A stretch of 64,000 nucleotides of DNA, taken from Macrostomum lignano (lineage: Eukaryota). The stretch is from positions 123,816 to 187,815 of the forward strand of contig NIVC01002278.1 in the NCBI GenBank assembly GCA_002269645.1, in the 5' to 3' direction. Below the pieces are notes generated by a model. That model saw only the letters and a list, made by a program, of their open reading frames with translations. It searched no databases and was not told where the DNA came from. The translations under genes were made by a program, and so were the position numbers. Numbering within the stretch: the first letter of the stretch is position 1; each line of letters begins with the position of its first letter. Below are positions 61,995 through 64,000 of the stretch, in pieces.

Positions 61995-62670
61995 ACTGTT
62001 GTAGCTGCTAGGCTATGGTGTTGCTGGGCTACAGTGCTGCTGGGCTACAGTGTTGCTAGGCTATGATGTTGCTGGGCTGCAGTGCTACTAGGCTGCAATG
62101 CTATTAGACTATGGTGTTACTGGGCTATGGGGCTACAGTGCTACTGGGCTATGGTGCTGCTAGGCTGGTCTGGGGTTGGTGTCTGGAGTTGGTGTCAGGA
62201 GTTGGTATCTAGTGCTACTGGGCTATGGTACTGTTGGGCTGCAGTGCTACTGGGATATGGTACTGCAGGGCTGCAGTGCTACTAGGCTATGGTGCTATAG
62301 GGCTGCAATGCTACTAGGCTGCGATGCTACTGGGCTACAGTGTGGCTGGGCTGCAATGCTACTAGACTATGGTGCTGCTGGGCTGCAGTGCTGCTGGTCT
62401 GTGATGCTACTAGACTATGGTGCTGCTGGGCTATGGGGCTGCAATGCTACTAGGCTATAGTGCTGCTAGGCTACAGTGCTGCTAGGTTGCAGTGCTGCTA
62501 GGTTGCAATGTTGCTAGGCTATGGTGCTGCTAGGCTGCAATGCTGCTAGGTTGCAATGTTGCTAGGCTATGGTGCTGCTAGGCTGCAATGCTGCTAGGTT
62601 GCAATGTTGCTAGGCTGTGATGCTGCTGGGCTATAGTGCTGCTAGGCTGCAGTGCTGCTAGGTTGCTATT
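61995..62670. repeat. Degenerate ~16-bp minisatellite
   Basis: Unit ggctacagtgctgctg and variants. Confidence 0.9.
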
Positions 62671-64000
62671 GCTGCTATTGTAGTTGGCCAAGCGGCTGGC
62701 TGCCAGGACTGCACAGGGCCAACTAGGTAGGCCCAGCATTCCACATTGGGCTTACCAATGAGGTGGAAGGCCTTTTAGTTCAATAGATGTAATGGCAGCA
62801 AATATTTTGTGCTGCTTTGCACATATATTTATTTACACAAACAGCGCAATATTGAGGGTCCTAGGGAGGTACAAAAGAATGGCATATATGATAGGCTATG
62901 CCAACCCCCCCCCTCCTAGCTTAGCAAGCTGGCTAGCTTGGTGTGTACCTACCCTACCTTAGCTAGACAGAGGTTGGGGGGGGGTTTCAGTGTGGCTGCA
63001 GTTAGTGTTACCGGTTGCATACAGTCTGGCCATCACATTATAGTATATAATTCTAGACTATTTTGTCTATAATGTTAATTATGCTTGCGTAATATATTTA
63101 TAATATTTATATAGTATTAGCACATTAGGTTATATTTAGCTTTTTGATAATAGTATTGCCTTTACTAAAATATATATCATATATAATATGAATTTAATTT
63201 ATAAAATTATATTTTATGCTCATATAACTTTTTTAAAATAAGTATAAGTATAAATTTATAATATTAATATATTTTTTTAAAAACTGTTAAATATTGAATA
63301 ATATGAATCTATCAGTTTCTATCAATGTTTTATTTGCATATCTTTTTTATTGCAAATGTCTAGACTAGAACTATGTTAGATATCCTTATTTTTTATATTA
63401 GATATATATCCTTCCCTTGTATATTTTTATACTTCTTTGTATATCCTTGTAGGCCCTCTTTTTCTCTTTCTCTTTCTATCATATGCCATATATATAATTG
63501 CTATGCATTGATTGCAATAAAGATGTTTTAACTATAATAAAAACTAGGTTTTTATACCAAAAGTTTTGATTTTTTATATGTAGAGATGGTTGCCATGTCA
63601 CTTCAGAATTTTTTTTGGCACCTTAAATTTAGACCCATAGTGCCAAAATGGATATATTTCTATGATAAAGAAGAGATCATTAAAATATAGTATGCATAGC
63701 TATAGTCTTATCTTAACTTTTGTAAGAAAAAAAAGTTATTATAGTCTAACAATTATTTTAATTTTTTTCTAAGAATTTTAGGGTTATCTATAATGATAAA
63801 GATTAAGATAAAAATTGAGCATTAAATGGTTCAACTAAAAATTGAATAAGTGCCAATTAGCACCTGGACCCAAGTGCCAAATGGCAGCAAAATTTTGACA
63901 ATCAAAAATCTAGAATGTAAGGAATTTTAATGCATTTGTATAAACAATTGAATATTGTTAACACATGCATATTTCTATTCTATAGTTTGGTTAGACTTAT

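Noticed and set aside
53100-64000. Short ORFs in the AT-rich distal region
   Set aside because: No motifs and biased composition. The region includes decayed repeat fragments (for example 61412-61495 resembles 28859-28935).

Overview
This is eukaryotic (invertebrate) genomic DNA. It has GC-rich exons, spliceosomal introns filled with private minisatellites, and AT-rich transposon debris. The style suggests a flatworm such as Macrostomum, but that is inference only. Recognisable genes: RFX7/RFX5-like (-), cereblon (+, 4 exons), METTL15/RsmH (+), a RING-B-box-coiled-coil-NHL (TRIM-NHL) gene (+), tRNA-Ser(AGA), RPL14 (-) and ubiquitin-RPS27A (-). There is also an uncharacterised multi-exon SQ-rich/coiled-coil gene (-, 14045 to at least 10307). 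Mobile DNA: a complete-ended non-autonomous LTR element (20242-25708, TATA target duplication), a Penelope-like remnant with hammerhead motifs, two tRNA-derived SINE families and several DNA transposons/MITEs. The most unusual observation is in the LTR element. Its U5 end is a repeat-spacer array of four or five modules, each made of an integrase attachment end plus a tRNA-Leu primer-binding site and separated by unique spacers. The element has lost pol but keeps an intact non-env ORF with its own promoter. The second most unusual observation is that METTL15 has no usable in-frame ATG in its recognisable first exon, which a flatworm spliced leader ending in AUG could supply. All alignments were done by eye; no searches were run.
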